Assembly: GCA_965207375.1 (NCBI GenBank)
Contig: CBDBMG010000001.1
Span: 64,001 to 128,000 of the forward strand
Direction of reading: 5' to 3'
DNA from: Nitrosopumilaceae archaeon
Lineage (GTDB): Archaea; Thermoproteota; Nitrososphaeria; Nitrososphaerales; Nitrosopumilaceae
Length of the DNA: 64,000 nt
Shown: positions 29,430 through 43,894 of the stretch, in pieces
Numbering within the stretch: the first letter of the stretch is position 1
Layout: the number at the start of each line of letters is the position of its first letter
Program-made: the position numbers and the translations under genes
Notes under the pieces: model-generated
Told to the model about the DNA's origin: nothing
What the model saw: only the letters and a program-made list of their open reading frames with translations
Databases searched by the model: none

Positions 29430-30780
29430 TAGAGCATGCGCAGTTAACCATAAATTACAGCACACCAGATCTATACTAATAACATCGCTACCAATTTCTA
29501 CTTCAATAGACTTCCACATATTTGGAATGCTCTGCCTGTCAATAATATTAATCTTGATGTAAAGGTGCATGATCAAACAAAAACTCCCATTTTACTTCTG
29601 GAAGAACTTTGAAAGCAACTTCAGCTCTGAAAATGCATGCAGTTAGCTACCCCTTCCTGTGCAGCTGCTCCAGGTGCAACCATGCAACATCCTATCATTA
29701 ATAATTTTAACAAGTAGCTAGCTAATCATAACTTTATCATATGAATGGCCACAGACATGGGTTGCCTGTGGACCATCGGTGCATTTAGCTATAGCTACCA
29801 TGTAGAATTAGCTAATTTGTACATGTATGCATATGCATTGTAAGGTTTTTATAAGTAAAATTTGATCTCATTTTGAAAAGTAACAACTTATTGTCTTAAC
29901 ATACATAGTATTCACCCAAAAATTCATCATATCACTATACAGCATCACATATATAGGCGGCAGAATAGGGAGTAGTACTAGGGGCACTTTCCCCCACAAA
30001 ATTATAATAGGAATTTAATGCATGCGCAAATGTGTCTTGCTACTTTATTGTGCCTCCACACTTTTGAGCAAATCGTTAAGCCACCTCTGATATGACGTAG
30101 CTATAGTGTGAAATCTCTGGAAAACTTCACATTATGATCTAGGCATAACTTTTTCTGCCAATAGTCATGGCATCCTCATTATGAGCATATTATTAGTAAA
30201 GCTCATGCATAGGGCACTTGGACTTCTTTGCCACAATTTTTCAAGTTTTCATACTCAAAAAGCTTTACTGTGATATTTATAGCTATATAGATCATGCTTA
30301 CTGTACACTGTTCCCCATTATGGAGACCTTACCTTGTTCAAGACATTATCCTGTTAGAGAGTATACAGAGTCGAACTAGCAAGTTTATTCTGAATGATTA
30401 TTCAACAGACTATAAATCTCGCTAAATCTGCTTCCTGGCTTTGATGTATATCTATGAGCTAATGGACATCCTATTTTTCATCAATATTACAAATTTTTGA
30501 GTTCAAACACTAGCTATAGTTAGCTATGTCATTTGGTACAAAGGTTTGCTATATAGGGTTTCCGACAACAATGTAACCCTTAATTCATATCTTTAAACTC
30601 CCCAGATTATGGAACTCTCTCCCTATTATTGATAATACTCTCTCATATGACATAGTTAATTAACTTATTTGATTTTTGGAACCATATGATCCTGTACAGC
30701 TCAGTACCCTTCATTTTTTATGTTTTGGTTGTAATTGTGCTAAACTACACCACATCTTCAATTTTCCTAAATTGTAATCT
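29430..30780 (+). mobile_element. Two degenerate LINE 3'-end fragments
   Basis: FYFNRLPHIWNALP at ~29500; ILLESIQSRTSKFILNDYSTDYKSR and RLWNSLP at ~30350-30620. Confidence 0.6.
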
Positions 30781-30994
30781 GTCTTCATATTTTGTAGTAT
30801 AACTTAGCTAGCTACATAGCTAGCTATAGTTAAATAGTATTAGTTGCTAGTCTGCCTTCAATAGCTACACTGTTAAAAATGGGTAAAATGTCTGAAAACA
30901 ACTCCTTTTGGAGTTACCACAGCTCCTCATTTTTAGCAGTGTACAGCTATTGGCCTAGACATATAGTATATTATGGGTACACTCCGCATATGTA

Positions 30995-31780
30995 TTATTA
31001 TTATTATTATTATTATTCTAGAAGAAGGCAAATACATACACAGGTAGTTTAACAAATCAAAACTTATACTATATACTTATGTAAGAGGTTCTGAAAACTT
31101 GTGAATGAAGGGGAATCAGCAATTTGCAAGGGTAAATTATTCCACAGTTCGATTGTTTGGGGATAGAATGAATATTAATAAAATATGTCAGTTCTACAAA
31201 AAGTGGATTAATTCTTTGATTATTAAAGTCACGTAAATCATAGCAGGAAGGTTCCATTCTTGTTACTTGGGTAGATGGTAGTAGTACTATGTCATTAATA
31301 ATCTTATATAGCATCTGAACTCTTAGCTTTTTCCTTCTATCCTCTAGAGATTCCCATCCTAGTGTTTTAATCATATTACTTACACTAGCATGCAGTTTGC
31401 TGATAGTTTCTTGATACAAATCTTGCACTTCTACGTTGCAATCTTTCAAGCCTATAAATATCTTGAAGGAGCCATGTCGACCAGACTGAAGCGGCGTATT
31501 CAACTTGGGGGTGTATCATCGTACAGTAGGCTAATTCTCTGATCTTTTGTGGAGCCATCTTAAAGTTTCTTCTCAGAAAACCCAAGGTTTGGCTTGCTTT
31601 GGAGACAACTGCGGATATGTTTACTCTGCAGAGTAATTCCAAGATACTTAAGTTGACTTACAGCAGGCAGTGGGTGTCATGTAGTACATAATTGTGTGTT
31701 ATTCTGTACTTAGTAGCCAAGGATATAGTCATGACATAACATTTAGTTGGATTAAGAGTGACTAAGAAGTTGTGGTATGT
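30995..31780 (-). mobile_element. LINE ORF2 C-terminal fragment with (TAA)n tail
   Basis: KASQTLGFLRRN...AYCTMIHPQVEYAASVW...LERLQRRSARFV and LGWESLEDRRK; TAA-repeat tail at ~30995-31017. Confidence 0.8.
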
Positions 31781-31834
31781 GCATGGGAGCAGAGCCCATT
31801 ATCAATTGGTAGCTACATGTAACATACGTATAGC

Positions 31835-31875
<41 letters not shown>

Positions 31876-34800
31876 ATATCTGTTATCTATAGCTAATACT
31901 CAGCAGATAGTGTGATTGTATACAGCAGCTGCATGGCAGCTATAGTGTACTTATAGCTATACACTGAGGCTATGCAATGACATTATGTTATTATTATAAT
32001 GACAGATCATAGTACTGTAACAGTGATATCCTATCACTAAAATACTCATGAGATGGTGAATTGAAAAATATCCATAAATTTATCAAAAAGTATAGCTAGC
32101 TACATGACTTAGCTAATCATATCCATAGTTGGCATGCATGATTTATAATCCACTCAGTGCATGAGTCTCGAATTAAGACATCTAACATATTGCTTGCATT
32201 TGATTAATCCAATGATCTTTATAGGTATAGTAGCTATATAGTTAGCTACATTAACATTGGTAAGCTATGATTAGAATACAAAAGACTCATAGAGACAAAC
32301 CGTGTTGTAGCTATATACCTATACATACAGTATAGCTATATATACACATGCATGCTGTGGTAATACTGAAAATAACCAAAAACAGCATTTGAACATATAG
32401 CTAGTTAGCTTTGCAAATATAGGTATCAACAATAATAGTTAGATGGCTATATAGCTATACATACATGTATACATGCACCACATGCATGCATGCATATAGC
32501 TATACAAGAGTGGGCCAAAAGTTCATGCACTGTAAAAATTATATGTAGCTATAGGCAGCAAGTGATGTTCACTAATATTTTAAGTGATGTTCACTGAAAA
32601 TATTAGTGAATAATAGAACATCACTGAAAATATTAGTGACCATCACTGTGCTGCCACTATATAGCTATAGCTACTCACTACATAGTTTTTACATGCAGTG
32701 CATGTTATAGCTATAATTGTCTCAGTGCATGCATGTCAATATAGCTATAGCTATATAATATAACGGCCCAGTTAGCAATTTACGTACATTCTATACATGC
32801 ATGCATTCGTATTTGCATGAATGTACCGGTATACCATGTATACCATGTATACCATGCATAACGTAGTTATACGTCACAAAAGAAAATGGCTGGTGAAAGC
32901 AGTTTTGAAACGTGGGTTAAAGAAAACGGTGGAAACGACCAATTCATTGCTATATTGGCATCATTTGGCTTCACATCAAAACTTGCATTAGGTAAGCAGT
33001 GTCTGAAGATATAGTTAGTTTATTAATCACGCAGCCCGGTCCGCTATTTTTACTACTTTCAGTCACAGTGAGTCGGGCCGCGGTTTGCCGGGCCAGTGTA
33101 TATTCGCCGAGTCGGGGGCGGCGACCCATGCACATGCATGTGTATCAGCGGTCTGGGCAGCCACTACTAATATAGCTCTGAGCTATAGCTAGCGACTACT
33201 TTCACTGAGTTCTGTCATCAAAACCGCCAAGATCAAACTGAACTATTCTGTGAACTTGCCACCGTGCACGTGCCGGGAGGTTCGATTAGCTATGGCCGTT
33301 TTTCCCGTCACGGGCCGGGTCCCAACGATGCGTATATACGTATAGCTACTGATTGAATACATTATATGTAAAGCCGCTTAGCTTGCAATTGTACATGTGT
33401 ATCATAGGCGGTTATAGTTAGCTATGTATTATCAGTGAGTTGCAACTTTCTCACGGGCCATATCAGCTATATACGTGTATTATGCCGGCATGCATGCATG
33501 GTATGCATGTAGCTATATAGGGGGTCTGTAGCAGACCAGTTAATATATAGTTCAGTTTGCATTTCACTCTTTAGTGGATGCATGCAAGTGCTGCACTAAG
33601 GAGTGCAGCACTTGCACTCTTGTGGCTTGACTTAGATCAGCTCATTCAGCTTCACCTTGTTTGTGTGATGTTCCATCAGTACCATACTGTAGCTCACAAG
33701 GGATCTCATTGAAGCCGACTATACATTTTGGTAACCACACATCTTATTATACTAGAACCCAGCCCCACTTTGCTAATCTTAATCGCTTGCTGCCACAAAT
33801 AATTGGAACGATTTACCATCACATGCATCTATAATAATATATATAAAGCAAATGACGTCTTTTTCTGAGTTTTCCGAGCCGCCAAACATGATTTGTTGAA
33901 CTCATAATTTTTTTGTTGGTTTTTGTAGTTGTGTGATTATAATGTTGTTGTCATGTTGTATTGTTATTGTGTATGTCTATTATATATGTATATATATATG
34001 TTGTATTGTTATTTTATATAGCATGTTTATTGTATTATATGGTTGTGTGTTGTATATTGTATGTTATATGCCTCCAGCAAGGAAGAACGGCAATGTCAAT
34101 TGCTGGGAGGTTAAAAATCATTAATCAATTAATCAATTTCAACCAGAATCGCATGCTTGCATTATTTTGGGATGTAACTATGTAGCTAAATAGCTAGCTA
34201 GCTATATAGCAGGGGTTTGGCATTTTACTGACAAATAGCTATAGCTACTGGACGTTGTGTTCCTCTAGATCTGCTTGCATGATGTGTCTAACTATAGAAC
34301 TATAGTACATGCATGTATAGCTATTATGATATAGATAATAGGTATATATACGCAGTCACAGTAGCTATAGCTGTAGTTGTGTCTTTTCAATCCAGCAAAC
34401 CTTTGTATGGATTCTGAAGACTGCGAAAGACTCTTAGCACAAATGAATTGTGGACAAAAGTGCTTATTACGGGGGCTGATCAGTGCTTCTAAAGACCAAA
34501 ATCGAGATGTATACAAAGAATCAGTGCAAAAAACAAACAATTTAAAGGGAATAACAAAAGGGAGAGATCTCCGTAGTACTCTTGGGCAACTTTTCAACAA
34601 GCAGATGGGCAGAATGAATCATCAAGAAACTGATAAAGGTCTGAATGCAGGTCTAAGTAATGTTGATGTTGCAGGCCCAAGCAATATTGCAAGTCCAAGT
34701 CAGTCTCAGAAGTGCAAGATGAAGGGGAAAGGCAAGTATCCAGCTAAAGGTCCCATTAAAAGAAAAGTAAAAGAATATCGGTTAAGAGTGGTTGGTTTAA

Positions 34801-36452
34801 GGAAGATGTGTTCTAAGGCTCCAGTTGGTACTATAAGAGAATCGCTGATGAAGAGTGTCTGGGTACGCGAAAATGCACTAGCTGAAGAGGTAACAAGGAA
34901 GATATGTGAGGCTTTTAACTGGAATTATGACAGAAGCACTATACAATACATGTATGCCAATGGAAGGTACTTGCGTGCAGCTAATTTAGAAGATGTTGAA
35001 AATGCTGATTGCTGGGATTCAGAAGCAGTACGAGTTCTGATGGGTTCTGGCTGCCTGTATGTTGTTAGGAAAGTGCGGGAGGTTGAGCATGTGAAAGTGG
35101 ATGAAGGTGCCACTAGTGATGATGAGGATGATGTGCACCTTGTACCTTTAAAAGAAAGTGATATAAACATGGCAAATGATTTACCATCAAAGGTGGGATA
35201 TTATGTACGTAGCTATATAGCTATATAGCTATGTTATTTTATTATGTAGAGTAATCTGGAAACATTAAAGGAAATTTTTCATACGCTACCTCAGGATGAA
35301 ATAGAAAAGGCCTTACAACAGTATGGTTTTAGTGAAGCTGTGGATCATTTGTTGGGTTGTCAAGGAAAATCCACTCAACATGTGAACAAGATAATGAGGA
35401 CCATGAAACGCTTCAAGATACACAGTTACAGCAGAATTTGGCAGAGAACTCAAACTTGGACCTGATTGACTTTGAGGTAACTACATATAATCATGATTAA
35501 TATACCAGATAGCTAAGTAGCTATAGTTATTTTATCATGATCAGCTATACTACGTGTATATAATTATATGGTTTCAAAGATAGCTAACTTTATGTTGATA
35601 TATAATGTCTTTAGAGGAGTCCATTGCTTAATAACAGTGGTGGCACTGCCACCAACCCAATCATTGTTGATCATGGTGAGACTCCTAAAGAATCATTGTC
35701 ACTGCAGTCAATACTATATATGCATCAGAATGAAGTATTGGATCCATTAGCTGAGTATATCTTATCAGTTGATAGATCTACTCCTGAAAAGCTTTGGCAA
35801 AGTGCTGTTTGCTTTTATAAAAATGCAATCGTAAAGCCTGGAAAACTTTGTAAAGAACTGGTGATTCAGTTTGATGGAGAAGCTGGTGCTGACTCTGGAG
35901 CTCTACGGCGTGAATTTTTTGAAGATATAATCTATCAGGGAAATTTGCGCCTTTTTGAAGGTGAAAATGACAGACGAATAGTAAAGAAAGATTGGGGACT
36001 GGAAGTAATCTGTGAAATATTTGGAATGATGGTGGCCCATTCAATTATGCAGGAAGGCCCAGGCTTTCCTTGCTTGAGCCCCTGCATGTTTCAGTATCTT
36101 GCAACAGAAATGAGTGATGAATGTTTTCCAGTGAAAGAAGACATCCCTTTGAACATCGCAACACATGACCTGCTAACATTTATTGAAGAGGTAAGTAACT
36201 ATTGCCAGGGTATCAATCATTATTTCATCAGTATTTATAGAAAGTTTCCATGCAATTTGGAAAAATAGGGTTGATAATGTACAATACACTGTGTGCACAA
36301 TTTGTTAATAACAGCAACAAAATTAATAGCTAAGTCATACAGGGACCAAATATATAGTGCATGGTTATATTTCAGGCTACAAAGTAACTAGTACAGAGAG
36401 GGCCATAGTTACCAGTCAGGTTTCAGTTACGTACCTTAAGCTGAGTAATAAT

Positions 36453-36943
36453 ACTAGACAAAATACAATGTATTGTGGGGGCTAGCCTGAGCAACGTCAC
36501 AACACGCATATTTTAATTGCGCATAAACACGTTTTCACAAAATACATGTACATGTCATGAATGGAACCTTCAAGCCTTGCAGTTGGCTTGTTTACGAATC
36601 ACAGGTGCTAGATACTACAAATTCCACACCACGCTAACAGGCGCTCCATGTTTCAACAACATAAGATAGTGCTAGGTAAAATTATTATTCATTAGCGATT
36701 GATAAACTTGCTTCTTAGTATAAGAACCTGTTTGTTCATGTTGTTTGTCACTACATGTTTGTTGAACAAAGCAGTGCACCAAACCCGCCTTAAACGCTGC
36801 AATCAACAACTGAAGGTACCCCGTAAATTAATATTACTCTTGTATATTTTTGTGTCATGAACGTACGGACAGAACAACAGAGAGACAGACCGACCGCACG
36901 AACTTCACGTTTATGTGGGGCTCGCTCAGGCTCACCCCAATTA
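36453..36943 (-). mobile_element. HINE-like non-autonomous element (second family) in a HECT intron
   Basis: Minus-strand 5' hairpin TGGGGTGAGCCTGAGCGAGCCCCA and 3' subterminal GCTCAGGCTAGCCCC...CTAGT. Confidence 0.6.
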
Positions 36944-37129
36944 TGATGCACTAATCTTAAGCTTAGTGACTAAAATTTGTTACATTCAATACTCTCTAAT
37001 AAAATAGATTAATGATTGGTTACTGCATTAGTAGAGTATCAATAAACAAGTGTTAAATTTAATGTTGGAATTCTTAAAATTTGCTATAATATCACCTGCC
37101 AGTTATGCCAGCATTTTAAGCATAATAGG

Positions 37130-37330
37130 TGGATAAAAGTATCCCTACTTCCTTTTAAATTAAATTATTCTAGTTTGTTTGTTTTTATACCATACTTGCA
37201 TAAGTATATAGTTTGCATAATCATATGCATATTATAAATCAATATGTCCTTGCTTTCCAGGCACCTAAAAACATTACAGGCACCTACTTAATTTTTTAAA
37301 TGTGCTTGTAAACGAGATCGTTAACATGGC
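37130..37330 (-). mobile_element. Family E fragment
   Basis: Matches 15450-15640 (ATCCCTACT...TTCTAG...CATACTTGCATAAGTATATAG...CCAGGCACCTAAA). Confidence 0.7.
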
Positions 37331-39594
37331 AATAGTGAAATACATTCAAAATCTATAGCTATTCGTCTTAACTCAATTGGCTGATCCATAGATTAAGCTG
37401 TTACTAGCTGGTACAGCCTACTACAAGGTGAGAAATATAAACAATCAAACCACACAAGTTGTTGTCATGGAGTTCCTTATTAAATAACAGACAAATATGT
37501 AGGCTGTGAGGGGGCTAGGTAATAGAAGACTAGGGAGACATATAGGAAGACTATAGCCTGACTAGGTGCAGGCATACGTACTTATGTAGGATACCATGGG
37601 TGTGCATGGCTGACTATATTACTATAGCTATTATTATAGGCTAAATATATAGGCACAAGTAAATAAAGACTATATGCGGAAATCTATAGGTACACACACG
37701 CACGCATGCACACACGTACACGCACGCATACACACAGAGTAAGCTTGAGGCTAAGAAGGCCAATTAGACTAAGTACATATATAAGCATGGGAGACTATGT
37801 AGCTACGTAAAGTGTGCATCTAATAACAATGTGATGAGCACTCTGCAGTGTCATAAATACACAACACTTTTACGGTAATATAGCTAGGTAGGCTTAGATA
37901 GGCAAAGGGCTATAATTATTATGTAGACATAGAAACTAGGTAGTGACTGGATTTGCAAAAACCAAAATCTACTTAATGTTATAGCTACACTCAAATATGT
38001 ACTATCTAGACACAGTAACAATATAGTTATAAGAGGCCAGGTCTGCTTTTAGACGACCCTGTCAAGTCATGAGGAGTCACAACAGAGCCTGTGGGCATTA
38101 ATAAGGTGGCATTGGGCGTCAAACTACTCCCAAAGTCTACCTCTGCCCGTGCTATGGTCTGGGTCCACTGTGGCTGTTTCTGTCAGTTACTGAACAAGCT
38201 GCAGCTTGCATGGCTGCCTGAGTGTTCTGGTTCCTGAAACCCCACTTGTACGTGACACTCGTGATATTACAGAAAGTTTACAAGAACCACTCAAAAACCA
38301 GTGATTTCAACTAGCTGTCAACTTGCTAGCTATAAAACCAGTATTCTTCTGGTACAAATCTGCCATGGCTATACAATCAAGTTTCAGTGAACCGCAGTGT
38401 CTTGAATATTTCAAATTGGAATTTCTTGAATACAAATTGTGACAATACAGTCGGTTTTCTTAAATCATGCCATGCATAGCATTTATTTAACTATAGGGCA
38501 GGTACATCTGCTAGTCTGTTAATACTATATTAAAACAGTTAACACTAGCTACGTTATATAATTATGCTGTTTAAATTAATTAGCTAGCTATAGCTTACTG
38601 TTAATACAGCTCAATGATGCATCCAGTGAGGAAGACATTGACAAATTAACCATCAAATGCTTACATTCTGAACAACAGTGGATGGTGCATAACAAATGTC
38701 ATTACACCTGCTAACAAACTTCAGTTTCTACAGCACTTGATTCATGATGAAGTAATCATAAAACGTGAGCGTAATCTGAGAGCAGTTTGTCGTGGTCTCG
38801 ATTATTTACATCTTGGGAGATTAATAAAGATGCATCCCAATGTTACACGTGGGTTGTTTATTGCAGAAGAAAATGCTGAAATTACAGCAGATGGTTTCCT
38901 TGCACTGGCCACATTTGATGAACCAAAGAATGAGAACCAAGCAAAAGCACTGGATTATTTTAAAGAATTTATCAGTTGCATTGAAAGTAAGAGCTAGCTA
39001 GTTAACAATAGTTAGCTATACATTTATAAGCACAACATATAGTCGAAACTTGAAAGTAGCTATATAGTAGCTAGTCCATATAAACTATAGCTGTATGATC
39101 TCTTTTACAGGAGATAAAACACGGAATGTTTCTCTACCATCACTATTGCGTTACACCACGGGATTATCTAGCATTCCACCCCTTCAATCAAGTTCAATCA
39201 AGGTTACTTACCAGCTAAATGATGAGGATGCAATTTACCCTATGGCTCAAGTATGCTTTTCAAGGCTTACTTTACCGGTGGTGCACAAGAGCCAACAGTC
39301 ATTTAACGATGCATTTGTAAAGGCTTTGGAGTTTGGTGGTGGATATGGGAACATATAGTTAGCTAGGGAAAAGCTAAATTTCAACAAACAAGGACATAGC
39401 CATGATTATTATTGTAATTGATTTCACACATAGTTAGCTATATAGCTAGACTATCTATATTGTGTAGCTATAGCTATAGTCGTAGTTATGTGATATTTGC
39501 TTATGTATGAATACACAATTAAGGATTCTAATTAGCAAATTATTAGATGGCTAACTACGTAAGTACCTATTATGCAGTTTAAGTAACAAAGGAG

Positions 39595-42500
39595 TCACTG
39601 ATTGCAATGGCTATGTACGTATCTTCTAACTTGTAAGTAAGCGTCAATACCGTAGTCACCAGTTGCATCTGGAGAATCTATCAAGTGACCACCTACCAAA
39701 GTATTCAACTCGGCATATTGCTGTGAACTCAAAGGATTATTGGTATCTGGCACCATAATATTTGGCAAATCAAGCAACTCAGAATGTACGGAATACTCAG
39801 AAGGTATTGATAATGAATTTGTGTTTCCAAATAAAATGCCACATGTATACAATTGTATTGGCGTCTTGTTGTTTTCAGACGTTAGGGCATGATTATTCCA
39901 TCCAGTCATGAAAGTTTTTAAAGCATCGTTTATCTTTTGCATATAAACAAAATGAAGACAGAATAGATCCAATTCTGAAGCTGGATCAAGAATTCCATTA
40001 TCTTCCAAATGATAAAATATTTGATAAAACACTGAAAGTACACATCTGTATGTGTCTCTCCACAAACGTTCTACTCTTTGGTTATGGACAGATGAGCCAG
40101 TTATCATAGGATTCCTCTTGTGTCCATGAATCAGCATGTATTCAGCAACCTAAATATGCACAGTCATAAAAAGAACCAATTGCAAGTTAATTGTTCACAA
40201 AAGGCAATACAATAGACTAAGTGACAATTATAGTGATCAAAAACTTAAGCTAAATAGCTAGCTATATATATATAACTTAAAGCTAAATCTATAGTTAGAT
40301 AGACTAGGTAGCTATGTAGCTATGTAGCTAAATACATGCTATCTACCTTGATATTTTCACCCCCCTTATCACTTCTGACACGATCTGGAAGGCCATAATC
40401 TCTGACTGCACCCTCAAACAAATGAAACACTGTTTCACTCCTGTTGTTATTCGAACAACACAAATACACAATAAATCGAGAGAAACCATCTATCCCACTA
40501 TGCACTACCAGCCTCCACCTACACAGAAAAATTATTATAGTGACTTTTAAAAACCATGTTCTATGTAGCTACCTTATTAATTTGTGGTTCCCATCTATAT
40601 GCCATAGGGCATTTGGGTAAGGAACTGAGTACACCCTTCTTCTAATGGGAGATGCCCATCGTAAAGCTGAATTTATTGGATCTACTTCAGATAAACATTC
40701 ACGTAATCTAACAGTGGACACATGGATGCCCCTTGAATTGAGTATACCTCTCAACATACTCTGTCCAATATCTGGCATTCCTTGTTGAATATCTGACACT
40801 ATGGATTTTAAATCATCATCTGTGATATCACTAAAGCCAGTAAATTCTGTGCCAACTAATCCTAAGTTTGATCTTATGTTGTACATAGTTCTTCGGCTTA
40901 CACCGAACATAACAGCAATTGTAGACCATGTAAATCGTAATTCTCTAAGAAAAATTAGCTGCTCTTCCTTTACGATAAATCTAGGCCTACCACGTCTACC
41001 TGTGTACTCTCTCTCAGCTCTTAAGTTATCACCGGGAGCCGACAGTGTTACTCCAGCTTCAACATCATGCCAACGATCTTGAATGATTTTCAATGATTCT
41101 ATTAGATCCTCAATATTAGACAATATTTCATTAACAGAAGCTCCGTGCCTTGTTTCACTGTTTAAACCTTCCAATATATGAATAATTACATATTAGAGAT
41201 GTACCGATTCACTGATTCAGATTGGTATTTTAACTAATATATTTAGTCCCATGCTAATAGCGTAAACATCATCTGGTAACATTAGTTTACTTTCTTGATT
41301 CTGGGAGCCAAGATTTTGGCTGTCCAATCAGATACGAAGATTATATAATCCACTTAAAATATTAGAATATCGTTAAGTATGGAAGGTTTAGCGCCATCTA
41401 GAATACCCTATCCTAAAATAAAAATATTTTAATAGCTGTGTATATTATTTGGACAGGGAATAGATTTTCCGATACAGCACATTAACCGACACAATATTTT
41501 AAGTGGGTTGTGAAACTGTTCGAACTTAATTGGGTAGATTTGAACTTCCGGAATCAAGAAAATGGACTAATGTCACCAGACAGTGTTTTCACAATTAGTG
41601 TAGGCCCAGCTGGGGACGCCATAATTTATGTAAACACTGAGGATAGCACTTAAAATTTTCAGACAAATATCAACCTACACATAGCCATAGCCCGTGCAAA
41701 TATCCAAAAATTTGTACTTGTGGGATTATTACTTTTTGGTTCAATAATTACATGTTTGCATAGTGTAATATTAATACAAACCAGTGAATGTGTTGCTAGC
41801 TATAGCAGTATCAGGTAGGGCCCAAACGAACTTAACTGGATTCGAATGTTCGTTCGAACGAACGAACGAACATTCAAATGTGGATTGAGTAATTCGAATT
41901 ATACAAGAAGCATAATATGCAGAAAGGAGTACAGTAATTTCCATTGTTAGTGAATATGGCATCTGATCTGATATAATTGCTGGGCAGTGCTAGTCTATTT
42001 AGTCTATTGGTAATGACATTTTTGGGTGGTCAGGTGGTGGCCAGGAAGCCATACCTTATACAAACACTGAAGTTAACACTTGTACTGTAACAGCCTACCT
42101 ATACAGAAGTGTTATTACGTATTTATAACCTAACAGATGATGAAATCTTTAATTTGTGGGATACCACCAACCTTATTTTGGGGACATTTACAGAGTAATA
42201 GTGACTTATTGATTATATCGGATTGGTTGTATTTATCAGTTTTAACATTTTGTTTCTATTGACTATCGGAATATCGGCAAAAAGTCATATTGGTGCAACT
42301 CTACTAGGAATGTAGCTAAATGATATTTCTTCATAAAAAATAATCACATGATTTATTGCTTTGATTGAAGCTGATGTCTATTTAGTAAAGTTTAACTGTA
42401 ATCTATATACACTTATATGTATGTCATGTAAATTCGAAAGATTCGTGAACTTTCACTAATGAATGTTCGAACTCAGGTAATCCAAGTTCGTTTGGGCCCT

Positions 42501-43842
42501 AGTATCAGGTAACCATTTTACGATTAGTATTGATAGAGTTTTTAGTAGCTAAATTGGTTCGATAGGTTCATATTTACCGGATTGGTACATCTCTATTATA
42601 CATACAGTTTCTAGCTATATTCTTAGGCCATTCCAAATAAGTGGGTAGTTCCCATCCTTTGCCTGCATCATGTCTGAGTATCTGCATTGAATGGTCAATA
42701 TTGTCAAATTATGCAAAAATGTGCTGTGCTGCTAGCCTAGGGACACACTGATTATGCCAGCACAAGTGCTGGTAGCTTAAAGCATCAAGCATAATGCATA
42801 AGAGGAAGTGTTTGGCTAGGTATTTAAAAACAGGGAAAATTTATATCAAAAGATTGATATACTCTAATAGAGCAGTCATCATAATTAATGCACCTATCAA
42901 TGTCAAGCCCCACTCCCCCCACCCGGGCATAGGTGGGGATTTGTAAAACCTGTAACTAAAAAGACATACCCCAGGGGCAATATTTTTTGCAATGCCCCTC
43001 TCTAGACGCACCCAATATCCTGGGGCAATGTGGGAGTTCATTCTGTGTAAACATATATAGAACTTTCATGATCGATTGCTGGCCTGTTGCGTTTACCTAA
43101 ACAAACCAACACTTGCTTTTCGTTCGACTCTGCAATTTGTAAATTATTTTATGAAAATATTTTTAAATTTTTACAAATAACTACAATTACAAAATCCCCA
43201 ATAGTGGGGAGTGTAATTCTGGCAAAAGATGCACAAATCCCCATGTACGCCAGGGTGGGGGGGGAGTAGGGCTTCACATTGATAGGTGCATAACATTGCA
43301 AGTATAAAATACATTAATGAATAAATGACAATAAGCCTCCCTCCTTCATCAAAGTTTCGGAAACTACACATTGGCCTTTCATGATTGATGAAGTAATATG
43401 CAAGCTAAGGTACCGGCATAGCTAGTTATATGTAATTTAACATATCTAGTAGCTATGCACTATTTACATCATCAGCAGCTACCTTAAACTTATACGTAGG
43501 TATGTAGCCATTAGCAGAGAGCTACTAAGGCTTTTGAGTGTCACCCTAAACGAAAATGTATCGGCTATAGTTACTACACGTAAAATGTGTTTAAAGGTGA
43601 GCATTAAATAAGGTGAATAATTAAACACGTCTTTACAGATTGTAAGATCCAAAGACAGTAATGTTATAGTACATACATGATTCTTGTAAAGCATCAATGA
43701 TTGAACGCAATACACTAAGATAACATTCCAACTTCACTAATGCTGTCTCCGCCACGGCTACAGAAGCATTTTCTTCTTTTGAACTTAATAACTGAAGAAA
43801 AGAAGCTAAATCAGTGAAAAATTCTTCCCACAAATCCGCCAT
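39595..43842 (-). CDS. IS3/IS481-like DDE (integrase core) transposase, 4 exons, ~497 aa; exon-2 acceptor appears mutated
   Basis: Exons 43842-43677, 41173-40573, 40518-40347 and 40149-39595 join in frame (1494 nt). RGRP and HTH ([16 protein letters not shown]); catalytic D (WHIDGNHK), D (VRSDKGGEN), E (NQRVERLW). Acceptor at 41175-41174 reads AT instead of AG. Confidence 0.88.
41194..42595. mobile_element. hAT-type MITE in transposase intron 1 (contains nested MITEs)
   Basis: TIR TAGAGATGTACC(G/A)AT; imperfect 8-bp flanks TTACATAT/TTATACAT. Confidence 0.7.
41816..42501. mobile_element. Nested hAT-type MITE
   Basis: TIR TAGGGCCCAAACGAACTT; perfect 8-bp TSD GTATCAGG. Confidence 0.9.
42889..43290. 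mobile_element. MITE with TAA TSD (Harbinger-type)
   Basis: TIR TGCACCTATCAATGT(C/G)AAGCCC; TAA on both sides. Confidence 0.85.
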
Positions 43843-43894
43843 TTGTATCGGTGTAGTCGCTTGTAGACAATACTCATTACTGGATATCGCGGAA

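Larger units (their letters stand above)
32886..39358 (+). pseudogene. Transposon-borne HECT E3 ubiquitin ligase (G2E3-like HECT) with N-terminal SAM-like and CUE/UBA-like domains; 2 frameshifts
   Basis: Exons 32886-32991, 34396-35192, 35250-35476, 35615-36190, 38610-38986, 39111-39358. HECT motifs FDGEAGADSGALRREFF, LLRYTTG, PMAQVCF (catalytic Cys) and terminal ALEFGGGYG. Exons 3 and 5 have lengths incompatible with phase. Confidence 0.85.

Noticed and set aside
39595-43842. Bacterial IS or symbiont contamination
   Set aside because: The gene has spliceosomal GT-AG introns and eukaryotic MITE insertions, and sits in a eukaryotic intron.
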